From: Thermoplasmatota archaeon
Lineage (GTDB): Archaea > Thermoplasmatota > Penumbrarchaeia > Penumbrarchaeales > Penumbrarchaeaceae
NCBI GenBank assembly: GCA_965234725.1
Contig: CBDDUX010000019.1
Location: 1 to 19,027, forward strand
Direction: 5' to 3'
DNA length: 19,027 bases
Below are positions 7,882 to 16,885 of this stretch, in pieces (the stretch's first letter is position 1; each line of letters starts with the position of its first letter). Position numbers and translations under genes: made by a program. The notes beneath the pieces are model-generated. The model saw nothing but the letters and a program-made list of their open reading frames with translations. It was not told where the DNA came from and did not search any database.

Positions 7882-9273
7882 ATGTCTCGATCTGACTCCA
7901 AGGATATCGAATATTCCACCGTTACAGAGGTCTCAGGGCCTCTCATGGTGGTGGAAGGGGTCGAGGGTGCGATGTACAATGAGGTGGTAAAGGTCAGGTC
8001 CCCTGATGGAAGGACAAGGTTGGGACAGGTCCTTGAAGCCCATATGGACAAAGCGGTCATTCAGGTCTTTGAAGGAACAAAGGGTATCGACACGGATGTC
8101 ACTGCTGTAAGGTTCACCGGGGAGACCATGAAGATACCTGTATCCCCTGAAATGCTTGGAAGGGTATTCTCGGGAATTGCAAGACCCATCGATGACGGTC
8201 CAGCTATCATTCCAGAAAAGAGGAAGGATATCAACGGTGAGCCCATTAACCCAACAGCGAGGGAATATCCCAGAGAGTTCATCCAGACAGGAATTTCTAC
8301 AATAGATGGAATGAACACTCTCGTTAGAGGACAAAAACTTCCAATATTTTCTGCATCCGGACTGCCCCATAACGATCTGGCCGCACAGATAGCAAGACAG
8401 GCCAAGGTAAGAGGGACCGGCGAGGATTTCGCTGTCATTTTCTGCGCCATGGGAATTACATCGGAAGAAGCGAACTTCTTCAAAAGGTCATTTGAACAAT
8501 CAGGTGCCCTTGAAAGGGCTGTACTATTCCTGAACCTTGCCGATGATCCATCCATCGAGAGGATCATTATCCCCAGGATGGCCCTGACCACAGCTGAATA
8601 CCTTGCTTTTGAAAAAGGAATGCACATCCTGGTCATTCTAACGGATATGACGAATTATTGTGAGGCCTTAAGGGAGATCGCGGCAGCCAGGGAGGAGGTT
8701 CCAGGAAGAAGGGGCTATCCGGGTTACATGTATACTGACCTTTCCCAGATCTACGAAAGGGCTGGTAGGATAGAAGGAAAGCAGGGATCGATCACACAGA
8801 TCCCCATCCTTACCATGCCTGACGATGACATCACACATCCGATACCTGACCTGACAGGATATATCACCGAAGGACAGATCGTACTCTCAAGGGATCTGCA
8901 TAGAAAAGCAGTTCGACCACCAGTGAACCCACTGCCCTGTCTTTCAAGGCTGATGAAACAGGGCATTGGTGAAGGAAGGACCAGAGCAGACCATGATCAA
9001 GTATCCAACCAATTATATGCTGCTTATGCCGAGGGTGTGAACCTCAGGGACCTGGTAGCAGTGGTGGGTGAGGAAGCACTTACTGATAGGGACAGATCAT
9101 ATCTTCATTTCTCGGACGAGTTCGAGAAACAGTTCATTTCCCAGGGTCCTGAGGAGGATAGGACCATTGATGACACGCTGACATTGGCCTGGAAACTTCT
9201 TAATATCGTTCCAAAGGAAGAACTGAAAAGGATAGATGAAAAATATATCAAGAAGTACTATCCTAAAATTTGA
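7882..9273 (+). CDS. atpB: A/V-type ATP synthase subunit B
   Basis: Diagnostic motifs [63 protein letters not shown]. Alternative start at ATG 7870. Confidence 0.97.
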   Translation: MSRSDSKDIEYSTVTEVSGPLMVVEGVEGAMYNEVVKVRSPDGRTRLGQVLEAHMDKAVIQVFEGTKGIDTDVTAVRFTGETMKIPVSPEMLGRVFSGIARPIDDGPAIIPEKRKDINGEPINPTAREYPREFIQTGISTIDGMNTLVRGQKLPIFSASGLPHNDLAAQIARQAKVRGTGEDFAVIFCAMGITSEEANFFKRSFEQSGALERAVLFLNLADDPSIERIIIPRMALTTAEYLAFEKGMHILVILTDMTNYCEALREIAAAREEVPGRRGYPGYMYTDLSQIYERAGRIEGKQGSITQIPILTMPDDDITHPIPDLTGYITEGQIVLSRDLHRKAVRPPVNPLPCLSRLMKQGIGEGRTRADHDQVSNQLYAAYAEGVNLRDLVAVVGEEALTDRDRSYLHFSDEFEKQFISQGPEEDRTIDDTLTLAWKLLNIVPKEELKRIDEKYIKKYYPKI

Positions 9274-9356
9274 TCAGCATTATCCGATGGATCAGAAGCG
9301 TTGATCTTAGGACGTTTTCGTCTGAACTTGGCCCATTTCCTCATTATAGAGTTCGA

Positions 9357-11978
9357 TCAGGTCTGTCCCGATCTCCCGCAATGCGGGCAATGGATGTTCA
9401 AGCTGCCTCCGGAATCCAGGGAGGACCTCTCAAGTTCGGTCTTGAATGTCTTACGACAGAAGGGACATTCGACCAAAGCAGTTACCATAACGGGAGCTGG
9501 TACCTTTCTCGGTACAGGTTCTTTCTCCTTTGGATCCTTCTTTTCCGATGGTTCCGGGATGGGGGAGGCAAGAACGGTCTTCTCCTTTACAGTAACTTTA
9601 TTCTCTGTTTCTGGCCGATGAGCCGACTTAACTGTCACGATCGGAACTAGGTCGGCGATCTTTGGTCGAACTTCATTTTTTGTCGATCTTGATCGCACCG
9701 TACTTGACCATGTATCTTCAGATCCCCTGTCTTCTTTTCCATCCTGGCCCATCCACAGGAGCCTCCTTCTCAATCTTCTCTGTCTTGACCCTCTAAGAAA
9801 TGTGACTACAAGCACAACAAAAATGATCAAAATAGAAAGAGGAGCCATGCATAAAAGGAAATTATAAATATCCTCTGTCTCGACGTTTCCTGTGTTCTTC
9901 TCATCGATCGATATCGTTAGATTGATGACCCCAGATGCTCCCGAATCATCACTTACACGAAGTTCCACTATGAGTCCCTCGCCTGAGATAGTGCTTTTCC
10001 AGGTGGTTTCCACACCGGTTTGGGTTGATCCATCCGGGAATGTCCATTCAAAATCGATAGGATCATTGTCAGGATCATATGAAGAGGAAGCATTGAACCT
10101 AAACTCGTCCCCAAGTCGGCCTTTGGTGGTCCCAACCACTCTCCCCTTTGCGACCGGTGGAAGGTTTCCGCCTTCAGAACTGGGATAGAATACCTCCTGG
10201 AGGGTATAATCTCCCTCATTCCCATTACGGTCCACTGCAGTGACCGCTACCCAGTAGGTCCCCTCCTTTTCCAGGTCATCCAGGGAAATTATGGTATCAT
10301 TTCCCTTCATTACTGTGGTGAACAGGTCAGAAACCGTCACAGGCACTGGTTGTCCCTCTCCCAGGTACACGTTATAATGATGCAGGTCGGTTGCAAAGGA
10401 TGGGGTCCATTCAATTTCCACCCACCCATCCTCAACAACTTTCACTGTTATCCCCATGATCGGTTCAGGAGGTTCCGTATCATAGGGATCAAAACCCTCA
10501 CCAACGATCATGACATCATCTATCATCCAACCTCTTCCCTCACCATCAGCCCCTGATGATACGGCAAACCTTATTGTCGAGATGGCACCAACCACAGGTC
10601 CCAGGTCGAATCCGATCTGATACCAATCCCGGTCTCCCTGGAATCCGTACTCACCTCCAAGAGGTCCTGAGGAATCCGGGTCCAGGAGCCGTAGATGAGG
10701 AAGGTCGGGTTCGAGAGTGATCCAATTACCATCAAGGTCCATTCCTTGAACGATACCACCGGATGTCCCCTGTTCACCAAGGAAACCAAAACTATGGACA
10801 ATATAGAGATAAGCCTCGTTCATGTTCACAAGATCGATCGGAGGACTGACGATCCCTGAAAAGGAGTCACCACTGAAACCCAATAACTGTCCCTCACCAT
10901 CTGATCTCCCGAAATGAATGTCCTCACCTCCGGAAATGGTGGGTCCGTCATCAACAATTGTGAACCATCCGGAATCACCAATATCCGTGAAGGAATTCCA
11001 GGAATCGGATCCAACTGAAAAATCATCATAGAAGATCGGGTTCATGGCATTGGCGGTCAGTCTGTAGTTTTCGGTCTGGATATCATCAACGGTCAAGTTG
11101 ATGAATAATTCGTACATTCCCTCCGCCCCAGGTACCCAATCAATGTAAAGGTCCTGGATCCTCTCATTGGAGAGGTCCATGCTATCAGAGTAGGGGCCCC
11201 AATCCTTCGGACCCAAGATCTCTATAGATATATCGGTACGGGGAGGTATGGTCCTTCCCTCATTGGACACAAGTAGATGGACCTTGACAACCTGATCTGT
11301 AGGAAGATAGGAAGCCATTTCAGGGGGACTGATGAATTTTATCTCGACCATTGGTCTAAGCTCTCCATAAATTTCTACGAGATCGATGAAAACCCCATTG
11401 TCCGTTCTTCCATCGGGATCATCTACCAGTAGAAAACGCAATCTCAGTTCTTCTGAAATAACGATCGATAGATCGATCTTCATATCGATCCAGGACCCGT
11501 TGGAGCTCCCCGAGTGTTTCATTACAGTCGTCCAGGTATCATTATCATTTCCCAACTGAACAAGAAGTTGATCTGTTCCAGCTCCATCACCAGTCCCGTT
11601 CTCCTCATCTTCCAACAGGTCAAGATCGAACCAGATCTTGTAGGAAAGGACCAGATTGTGATAGCTCCCCACGTCCTGATCCGGTATCCTCAGAAATGAG
11701 AAGGTCCCCTCCTGGTAAGTGCTGTTCAGAGGGGAGCCGTAGCATCTGTTCCCTTCCCCGGAGGACCCAGGACCTGGATTCCCAGAAGAACCTGCTCCCG
11801 GTTTTCCAACTTCCCATTGATCAAATGTCCCACCGTGAATAAAACCACCATCGGAATCTTCAAGGTCCTCGGAGAACAGAAGCTCCAGAGTATTCTCACC
11901 CCCAACCGGTGCGGAGACCATGAAATAAAGGGACAGAAGGAGGACGGCCGTTGTCATTGAAATTATCATTGATCTCAT
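9357..11978 (-). CDS. Secreted multidomain surface protein: two jelly-roll (MAM/immune-inhibitor-A-like) domains, Ig-like, FN3, PKD, TM helix, cytoplasmic C-terminal zinc ribbon
   Basis: Signal peptide; GVFIDLVEI and GWMIDDVMI jelly-roll ends; FN3 (VEIEWTPS...YNVY...YWVAVTAVDRNGNE); PKD (FNASSSYDPD...FEWTFPDG); TM helix; CPFC...CPHC; SD GGTGAA. Confidence 0.85.
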   Translation of the reverse strand: MRSMIISMTTAVLLLSLYFMVSAPVGGENTLELLFSEDLEDSDGGFIHGGTFDQWEVGKPGAGSSGNPGPGSSGEGNRCYGSPLNSTYQEGTFSFLRIPDQDVGSYHNLVLSYKIWFDLDLLEDEENGTGDGAGTDQLLVQLGNDNDTWTTVMKHSGSSNGSWIDMKIDLSIVISEELRLRFLLVDDPDGRTDNGVFIDLVEIYGELRPMVEIKFISPPEMASYLPTDQVVKVHLLVSNEGRTIPPRTDISIEILGPKDWGPYSDSMDLSNERIQDLYIDWVPGAEGMYELFINLTVDDIQTENYRLTANAMNPIFYDDFSVGSDSWNSFTDIGDSGWFTIVDDGPTISGGEDIHFGRSDGEGQLLGFSGDSFSGIVSPPIDLVNMNEAYLYIVHSFGFLGEQGTSGGIVQGMDLDGNWITLEPDLPHLRLLDPDSSGPLGGEYGFQGDRDWYQIGFDLGPVVGAISTIRFAVSSGADGEGRGWMIDDVMIVGEGFDPYDTEPPEPIMGITVKVVEDGWVEIEWTPSFATDLHHYNVYLGEGQPVPVTVSDLFTTVMKGNDTIISLDDLEKEGTYWVAVTAVDRNGNEGDYTLQEVFYPSSEGGNLPPVAKGRVVGTTKGRLGDEFRFNASSSYDPDNDPIDFEWTFPDGSTQTGVETTWKSTISGEGLIVELRVSDDSGASGVINLTISIDEKNTGNVETEDIYNFLLCMAPLSILIIFVVLVVTFLRGSRQRRLRRRLLWMGQDGKEDRGSEDTWSSTVRSRSTKNEVRPKIADLVPIVTVKSAHRPETENKVTVKEKTVLASPIPEPSEKKDPKEKEPVPRKVPAPVMVTALVECPFCRKTFKTELERSSLDSGGSLNIHCPHCGRSGQT

Positions 11979-12023
11979 TCAAGGTTCACCGGATCATCTG
12001 GGTATTAGAACAATCAGTTTGGA

Positions 12024-12032
12024 TTATATAAA
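12024..12032 (-). promoter_or_regulatory. TATA box upstream of the surface-protein gene
   Basis: Minus strand TTTATATAA preceded by purine-rich AAAGAG (BRE-like), ~45 nt upstream of ATG 11978. Confidence 0.55.
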
Positions 12033-12051
12033 CTCTTTAGGAAGATGGACA

Positions 12052-12795
12052 TCATGATCCAAGCAACAACCCTTTTTCCAGTGTCAACATCCCTTTTACA
12101 GCTTTCTCCCTAATATGAACACTTATGATATCCTCTCTGAAACCGATCTGGTCCGGGTCCAGGAGTACTACCCTTCCCCCGGATCCTTTGACCAAATATG
12201 GAATATGAGCTACAGGGAAGACCACACCGGTTGTTCCAATAACAAGCAGGTCGGATCCTTTCTGTGCGAGTTCCAATGCTCTTCCGATCTTCTCCTCCGG
12301 AAGGGATTCCCCGTAGAAAACGATATCAGGTCTTCGGTAAGCACCACATTGGCATAAGGGGTTTGGAGGACTACCATTCTCTTCATCGATCTCCTCTCTG
12401 CAACCACAATTCGGACAGTAGATCTTCCGAGCATCTCCATGCACATCAAGAACATCAACAGAACCCGCCGATCTGTGGAGACCATCAACATTTTGGGTAA
12501 TTATTGTGCCTGCAATTCCCTTTTCCTGCAATCTGGCCAGGGCAAAATGTGCATTATTGGGCCTGGCATTCAAAGATGCCGATATTAGTTCTCCAAGGAG
12601 AACCCAGGCCCTTTCAGGATCCTTCCTGAAGGTATCAATATGACCATATTCTTCCGGATCATACCTGGTCCATATCCCTCCAGGACCTCTGAACGGTGGA
12701 AGGCCTGATTCAACTGATATCCCGGCACCTGTCAGGACCAGGAACGGAGGATGATCAAGTAGGATATCTACTGCTTCAGAATAGACGTCATTCAT
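12052..12795 (-). CDS. cobB: Sir2-family NAD-dependent protein deacylase
   Basis: TGAGISVESG, TQNVDGLH, HG, Zn-binding CPNC...CQC, RPDIVFYGE, VIGTT..V.P; SD AGGTG upstream. Confidence 0.94.
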   Translation of the reverse strand: MNDVYSEAVDILLDHPPFLVLTGAGISVESGLPPFRGPGGIWTRYDPEEYGHIDTFRKDPERAWVLLGELISASLNARPNNAHFALARLQEKGIAGTIITQNVDGLHRSAGSVDVLDVHGDARKIYCPNCGCREEIDEENGSPPNPLCQCGAYRRPDIVFYGESLPEEKIGRALELAQKGSDLLVIGTTGVVFPVAHIPYLVKGSGGRVVLLDPDQIGFREDIISVHIREKAVKGMLTLEKGLLLGS

Positions 12796-12808
12796 TGAAG
12801 CACCTGAA

Positions 12809-12867
12809 GGGCATCAGCACTCATAGGGTTCATCATTGGATCAGCTAGAGAATATCATCATCTGCCC
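12809..12867 (-). ncRNA. Box C/D 2'-O-methylation guide sRNA; D guide predicted to target C34 of intron-containing elongator pre-tRNA-Met
   Basis: Minus strand GGGCA-G-ATGATGA(C)-TATTCTCTAG-CTGA(D')-TCCA-ATGATGA(C')-ACCCTATGAGTG-CTGA(D)-TGCCC: four consensus boxes, 10 and 12 nt guides, 5-bp terminal stem, own TATA box upstream. Confidence 0.92.
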
Positions 12868-12886
12868 GATGTCCAATGGAACTAAG

Positions 12887-12894
12887 ATATATAA
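12887..12894 (-). promoter_or_regulatory. TATA box for the C/D sRNA (and probably the sirtuin gene)
   Basis: Minus strand TTATATAT, 20-27 nt upstream of the 5' end of the sRNA terminal stem. Confidence 0.65.
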
Positions 12895-13065
12895 CGACAA
12901 GGTATAGGACCCGGTTTATTGTTCTAAATGATGTTCGCTTGATCAAAGATCCAAGAGATTTCAAAGCCGGTTATCCATTACCCAATGTCACCCAGCAAAT
13001 ATGAGGAAGGGGCAATGGTTTAATCCTATGGAATGATTCATCGAGAGTGACCTGGAGGTTGTAAT

Positions 13066-13485
13066 ATGGACAGGAAGGAATACATCTATTATTCTTTCAT
13101 GAAGAGAGTCGTTTCTGACGGATTCATTTCCCTGGATGAAAGTGGATTGATAATGATCCTCGAGGAGAGATTGGGTCTTTCGGACGATGCTATGGATGAG
13201 ATCATGGGAATGATAGAGGAAGGAGAGGAACCCGATCCCAAGGAATTGGAGATGTTGTCACAGGATACCTCGGACCATGATGTGGAGAAGGACATCTATG
13301 AGAGGGTACTGAAAGAAGCATGCCAGGATGAGGACATCCACCAGGATGAGCTGGAGGTTCTGGATGGACTGGCAAATATCATGAACATATCAGAAGGTGA
13401 GAGGAGATCGATCTACGAGGAGGTCAGGGAACACCCTTCATTGTTCGATCGAATGGGAAAAGCACTAAGGATCGATGAGGTTTGA
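13066..13485 (+). CDS. Acidic hypothetical protein with two TerB-like helical repeats
   Basis: Repeats IYYSFMKRVVSDGFISLDE...LGLS and IYERVLKEACQDEDIHQDE...MNIS resemble the D-G-x-I-x-x-x-E motif of TerB-like proteins; SD GGAGGT. Confidence 0.72.
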   Translation: MDRKEYIYYSFMKRVVSDGFISLDESGLIMILEERLGLSDDAMDEIMGMIEEGEEPDPKELEMLSQDTSDHDVEKDIYERVLKEACQDEDIHQDELEVLDGLANIMNISEGERRSIYEEVREHPSLFDRMGKALRIDEV

Positions 13486-13497
13486 TGGTGCATTGAT

Positions 13498-14160
13498 ATG
13501 CATCCCTCTTATAACGAAGTGTTCATCTCTGAGCTTATTCAACTTCACCTCGAACTTGAAGAAGATATTGAGTCCAGGTTAAATGAGTTCAGGGAGATCT
13601 GGGCATCGAAAGATGAAATTGCCATTCTGAAAGAACTGTTCTTCTGTATACTGACACCGCAATCCAAGGCGACAACATGCTGGGGAGCGATCGAGGATCT
13701 TTCATGCAACGACCTGCTCCTTCATGGCGATCATCAGCAGATCTTGGATGTTGTCGGGGTCGTACGGTTCAAATACAGAAAAGCTTCATTCATTGAATTG
13801 GCCAGGAGCAGATTCTATAAAGATGGCAGAATAACGATCGTCTCTGATCTCGAAGTTTTTAAGGATCCCTTCGAGACCAGAAACTGGCTTGTGAGGGAAG
13901 TGAAGGGTTATGGGATGAAGGAAGCAAGTCATTTCCTAAGGAACATCGGACTTGGAGAGGAACTGGCCATACTTGACAGACATATACTCAAGAACCTCGT
14001 CAAGGCCAATGTTATCAATGAAGTGCCATCATCCCTGACAAAAGAGAAATATCTGAAGATAGAAAAGGCCATGATATCATATTCTGAACATATAGGTATA
14101 CTACCATCCCATCTGGACCTTATGTTATGGTATAAGGAAGCTGGAACCATATTCAAATAA
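13498..14160 (+). CDS. ogg: 8-oxoguanine DNA glycosylase/AP lyase (Ogg2 family)
   Basis: ELFFCILTPQS, HhH motif VKGYGMKEASHFLRNIG, AILDRHIL, LDLMLWY, C-terminal Lys typical of Ogg2. Confidence 0.93.
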   Translation: MHPSYNEVFISELIQLHLELEEDIESRLNEFREIWASKDEIAILKELFFCILTPQSKATTCWGAIEDLSCNDLLLHGDHQQILDVVGVVRFKYRKASFIELARSRFYKDGRITIVSDLEVFKDPFETRNWLVREVKGYGMKEASHFLRNIGLGEELAILDRHILKNLVKANVINEVPSSLTKEKYLKIEKAMISYSEHIGILPSHLDLMLWYKEAGTIFK

Positions 14161-14170
14161 GGGTGACATC

Positions 14171-14629
14171 ATGAATGAGCATGATATCGAAAGACTGATC
14201 GGTTTGGCCAAAGGTATCATTGAAAGCAAGAAACCGAACAAACTTCAGATGATCTGTGAGATGCTGAAGGAAAAGGTCGATCATTATGATTGGGTGGGAT
14301 TCTATCTTGTCGATGATCGTGATAACAGGATGCTTGTCCTAGGACCTTTTTCAGGAGATGCGACAGAGCATGTAAGGATACCTTTCGGGAGGGGAATTTG
14401 CGGACAAGCAGCCGAAACAGGGAAACTGTTCCTTATCCAGGATGTGACATCTGAGGATAATTACCTCTCCTGCGGTTCAAATGTACGATCCGAGATCGTT
14501 CTTCCAATATACTCCAACGGTACGATAGTAGCTGAACTGGACATCGATTCCCATCAGTATTCTCCCTTTGACAACAATGATGAAAAGTTGCTTGAAAGGA
14601 TCTGCGTCATGGTAGCCGATCTCTTTTAA
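14171..14629 (+). CDS. msrC: GAF-domain free methionine-R-sulfoxide reductase (two-cysteine type)
   Basis: DWVGFY, LGPFSG, IPFGRGICGQAA, YLSC, RSEIVLP, ELDIDS; first conserved Cys replaced by His (TEHVRI). Confidence 0.85.
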   Translation: MNEHDIERLIGLAKGIIESKKPNKLQMICEMLKEKVDHYDWVGFYLVDDRDNRMLVLGPFSGDATEHVRIPFGRGICGQAAETGKLFLIQDVTSEDNYLSCGSNVRSEIVLPIYSNGTIVAELDIDSHQYSPFDNNDEKLLERICVMVADLF

Positions 14630-15363
14630 CATCCTCTTGATAGGGGGATCACACTATCCAGTATCAGTCTATTGCCATCCAGATGGAATGAAATTGGATA
14701 GACCTCGATCCCATTGTCGATAGCATCCCAGAAAGTCCGGGTAAAATCCGGGTCTGTTGCTTCATTGGGAGAGAAAAGATCTGATCCTGGAGAGAGGACC
14801 AGTATCATTAATGAAGCCCTATGTCCCATTTTCTTTAGCTCGATCAGTTCCAGTATATGCCTCGTACCCCTTGATGTTGGAGCATCAGGAAAAAGGGCTT
14901 TTCCATTCACCGAAAGGGTACATCCCTTCACCTCCACAAAGCAGTAGGAACCATCATATAGTGAAAGGCGGAAATCTATTCTGCTCTTTCCAACCTTGAA
15001 TTCAGGTTCGATGAACTTGATATTATCAATTGGGCTAAGATCGGGATCCCTCAAGATATTTTCAGATATTTTCCTATGATATGAGGAATTGATAAGGACC
15101 CACTTCCCATCCACCCTACCTGAAACAAGGTCCCAGGAGGTGGACCTTCCGGGTTTTATTGCCTTTTTCACCCTTACAAGGTTTCCAGGGAAGATTACCT
15201 CCTTCAACCTTCCAGGATCATGGACATGGACCTTTTCCCTTCCAATCATCGATCCATCCTCACCGATAATATCCGCGATCATGAGAAAACGATTGGGTCG
15301 GGATATTACTTTAGCCTCCCGATCCCAGGAGATCTCTGTGATCATAGTACCGGTCTCACCCAT
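14626..15363 (-). CDS. sfsA: SfsA family DNA/RNA nuclease (sugar fermentation stimulation protein A)
   Basis: RPNRF, HVHDPGRLKE, SRIDF, FVEVKGCTL, FPDAPTSRGTRH. Alternative start ATG 15345 (GGTGAG SD). Stop overlaps the convergent msrC stop by 4 nt. Confidence 0.94.
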   Translation of the reverse strand: MGETGTMITEISWDREAKVISRPNRFLMIADIIGEDGSMIGREKVHVHDPGRLKEVIFPGNLVRVKKAIKPGRSTSWDLVSGRVDGKWVLINSSYHRKISENILRDPDLSPIDNIKFIEPEFKVGKSRIDFRLSLYDGSYCFVEVKGCTLSVNGKALFPDAPTSRGTRHILELIELKKMGHRASLMILVLSPGSDLFSPNEATDPDFTRTFWDAIDNGIEVYPISFHLDGNRLILDSVIPLSRGC

Positions 15364-15523
15364 ACATCCAACATATCGACCGTGGGGATAAAAGAATACC
15401 TTGACAGGTTAGACCTCATATCAGATCGTTGATGAGCAAATGCGAAAGTATCACATCTTAATGACCATGAAGGGATAAAGGGTAAATACACTTCCATACA
15501 TCAAGCGCCGGGAGGCTTCATTC

Positions 15524-16222
15524 TTGGCCAGTGAGACCCTGTTCAAGGTAACCTACGGGATGTATATAGTCAGTTCCAGAAAAGGTGACACCCTGAACGG
15601 ACTCGTGATCAACACTGCCAACCAGGTCACTTCTTCTCCTCCATGCATCTCAGTTTTCATCAGTAAAGAGAACCTGACACATGATTATATTCTTGGGTCG
15701 GGTGTTTTTTCCATTTCCATATTGCGTCAGGACACTCCATTGAAATTCATCGGTAAATGGGGATTTAGATCCGGCAAGGACATAGACAAGTTCCAGGATA
15801 CGAAATACAAGATCGGAGTGACCGGTGCTCCAATCGTTCTTGATAACGCCCTTGGGTATATGGATATGAAACTGCTGGACCATTTCTCGGTTGGAACTCA
15901 TACGATCTTCATAGGACAGGTCATGGAATCAGAGATCATTGATGATGTGGAGCCCTTGACCTATTCTTACTACAGGGATATCAAAGGGGGAAGGTCATCA
16001 AAGAATGCGCCCACCTACGATGGGTGGGGGGATAAGATCTCAAATGGGCTTAAAGAGGCCCCTGCAAGATATGTTTGCAGAAAATGCGGACATGTATACG
16101 ATCCCAGGATAGGAGACAAGAACTCAGGGGTTAAGCCGGGCACCCCATTTAATGAAATTTCGGATGATTGGGTATGTCCACTTTGTAAGGCAAAGAAGGA
16201 AGAATTCGGCTTGCTTGAATGA
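15524..16222 (+). CDS. Flavin reductase-rubredoxin fusion (high-molecular-weight rubredoxin type)
   Basis: TYGMYIV, GFRSGKDIDKF, GTHTIFIG, PLTYSYYR..KGG...KNAPTY; rubredoxin CRKCGHVYDP...WVCPLC; TTG start with SD GGAGG. Confidence 0.9.
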   Translation: MASETLFKVTYGMYIVSSRKGDTLNGLVINTANQVTSSPPCISVFISKENLTHDYILGSGVFSISILRQDTPLKFIGKWGFRSGKDIDKFQDTKYKIGVTGAPIVLDNALGYMDMKLLDHFSVGTHTIFIGQVMESEIIDDVEPLTYSYYRDIKGGRSSKNAPTYDGWGDKISNGLKEAPARYVCRKCGHVYDPRIGDKNSGVKPGTPFNEISDDWVCPLCKAKKEEFGLLE

Positions 16223-16278
16223 TAAGGGGAATCTTAGAAATAGTATAACGAGTAGGAATAAGAGAGGAGGAAATAGAA

Positions 16279-16782
16279 ATGATATCGAATAATATGTTGA
16301 ATGAACTGAACAAACAGGTAAACGAAGAGCTCTATTCGGCGTATCTATATCAGGCCATGGCAGCATATGCTGATGCCCAGGGATACAAGGGTGCATCTAC
16401 ATGGCTGGACACACAGGCACAGGAGGAAATGGTCCATGCCAGAAAATTCTACGATTTTATCCTAGAAAGGGGAGGTAAGATCAAACTTATGGCAATAGCA
16501 GAACCTCCACAGGAGCACGGAAGCCTGTTGGATATCTTCAAAGCAGCCCTTGGTCATGAAGAGCACATTACCGGAAGGATCAACCATCTTGTATCAACAG
16601 CAAGAGATGAGAAGGATTATGCCTCTGATAATTTCCTCCAGTGGTTCGTTGCTGAACAGGTCGAGGAGGAATCCACTGCACAGGATATCATAGACAAACT
16701 TGTACTCATCGATGGACATGTCGGGGGATTGTTCCAGCTGGACAAAGAGCTTGGAACGAGGATCGCTACCCCTGCGCAATGA
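16279..16782 (+). CDS. ftnA: Non-heme ferritin
   Basis: LNKQVNEELYSAYLY, EEMVHA, HEEHIT, FLQWFVAEQVEEE ferroxidase-centre residues; SD GGAGG. Confidence 0.95.
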   Translation: MISNNMLNELNKQVNEELYSAYLYQAMAAYADAQGYKGASTWLDTQAQEEMVHARKFYDFILERGGKIKLMAIAEPPQEHGSLLDIFKAALGHEEHITGRINHLVSTARDEKDYASDNFLQWFVAEQVEEESTAQDIIDKLVLIDGHVGGLFQLDKELGTRIATPAQ

Positions 16783-16885
16783 TATTCATCAGCGGAACTA
16801 AATAGTGGATTTGGAATGGTAATGTTGGTGGATTGGACCAAAAAGGTCTCTATCAACAGGATCGAGAATAAATGAGGTGTTAGAA

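Noticed and set aside
5699-12500. Numerous antisense or overlapping ORFs in the ORF track (e.g. 5718-6125, 7032-7544, 8061-8636, 9270-9650, 9301-9621)
   Set aside because: Shadows of well-supported genes on the opposite strand or frame; no motifs or start signals.
12800-12880. Fluoride riboswitch reading of the TGCTGATG motif upstream of the sirtuin
   Set aside because: Lacks the GGCGATGG 5' element and is fully explained by box C/D architecture.
14171-14629. Missing first conserved cysteine in fRMsr as a sign of inactivation or novelty
   Set aside because: Two-cysteine (type II) fRMsr is an established active subtype, described from Thermoplasma acidophilum.
15429-15470. TTGATGA as the start of a second C/D sRNA
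   Set aside because: No properly spaced CTGA D/D' boxes or terminal stem.
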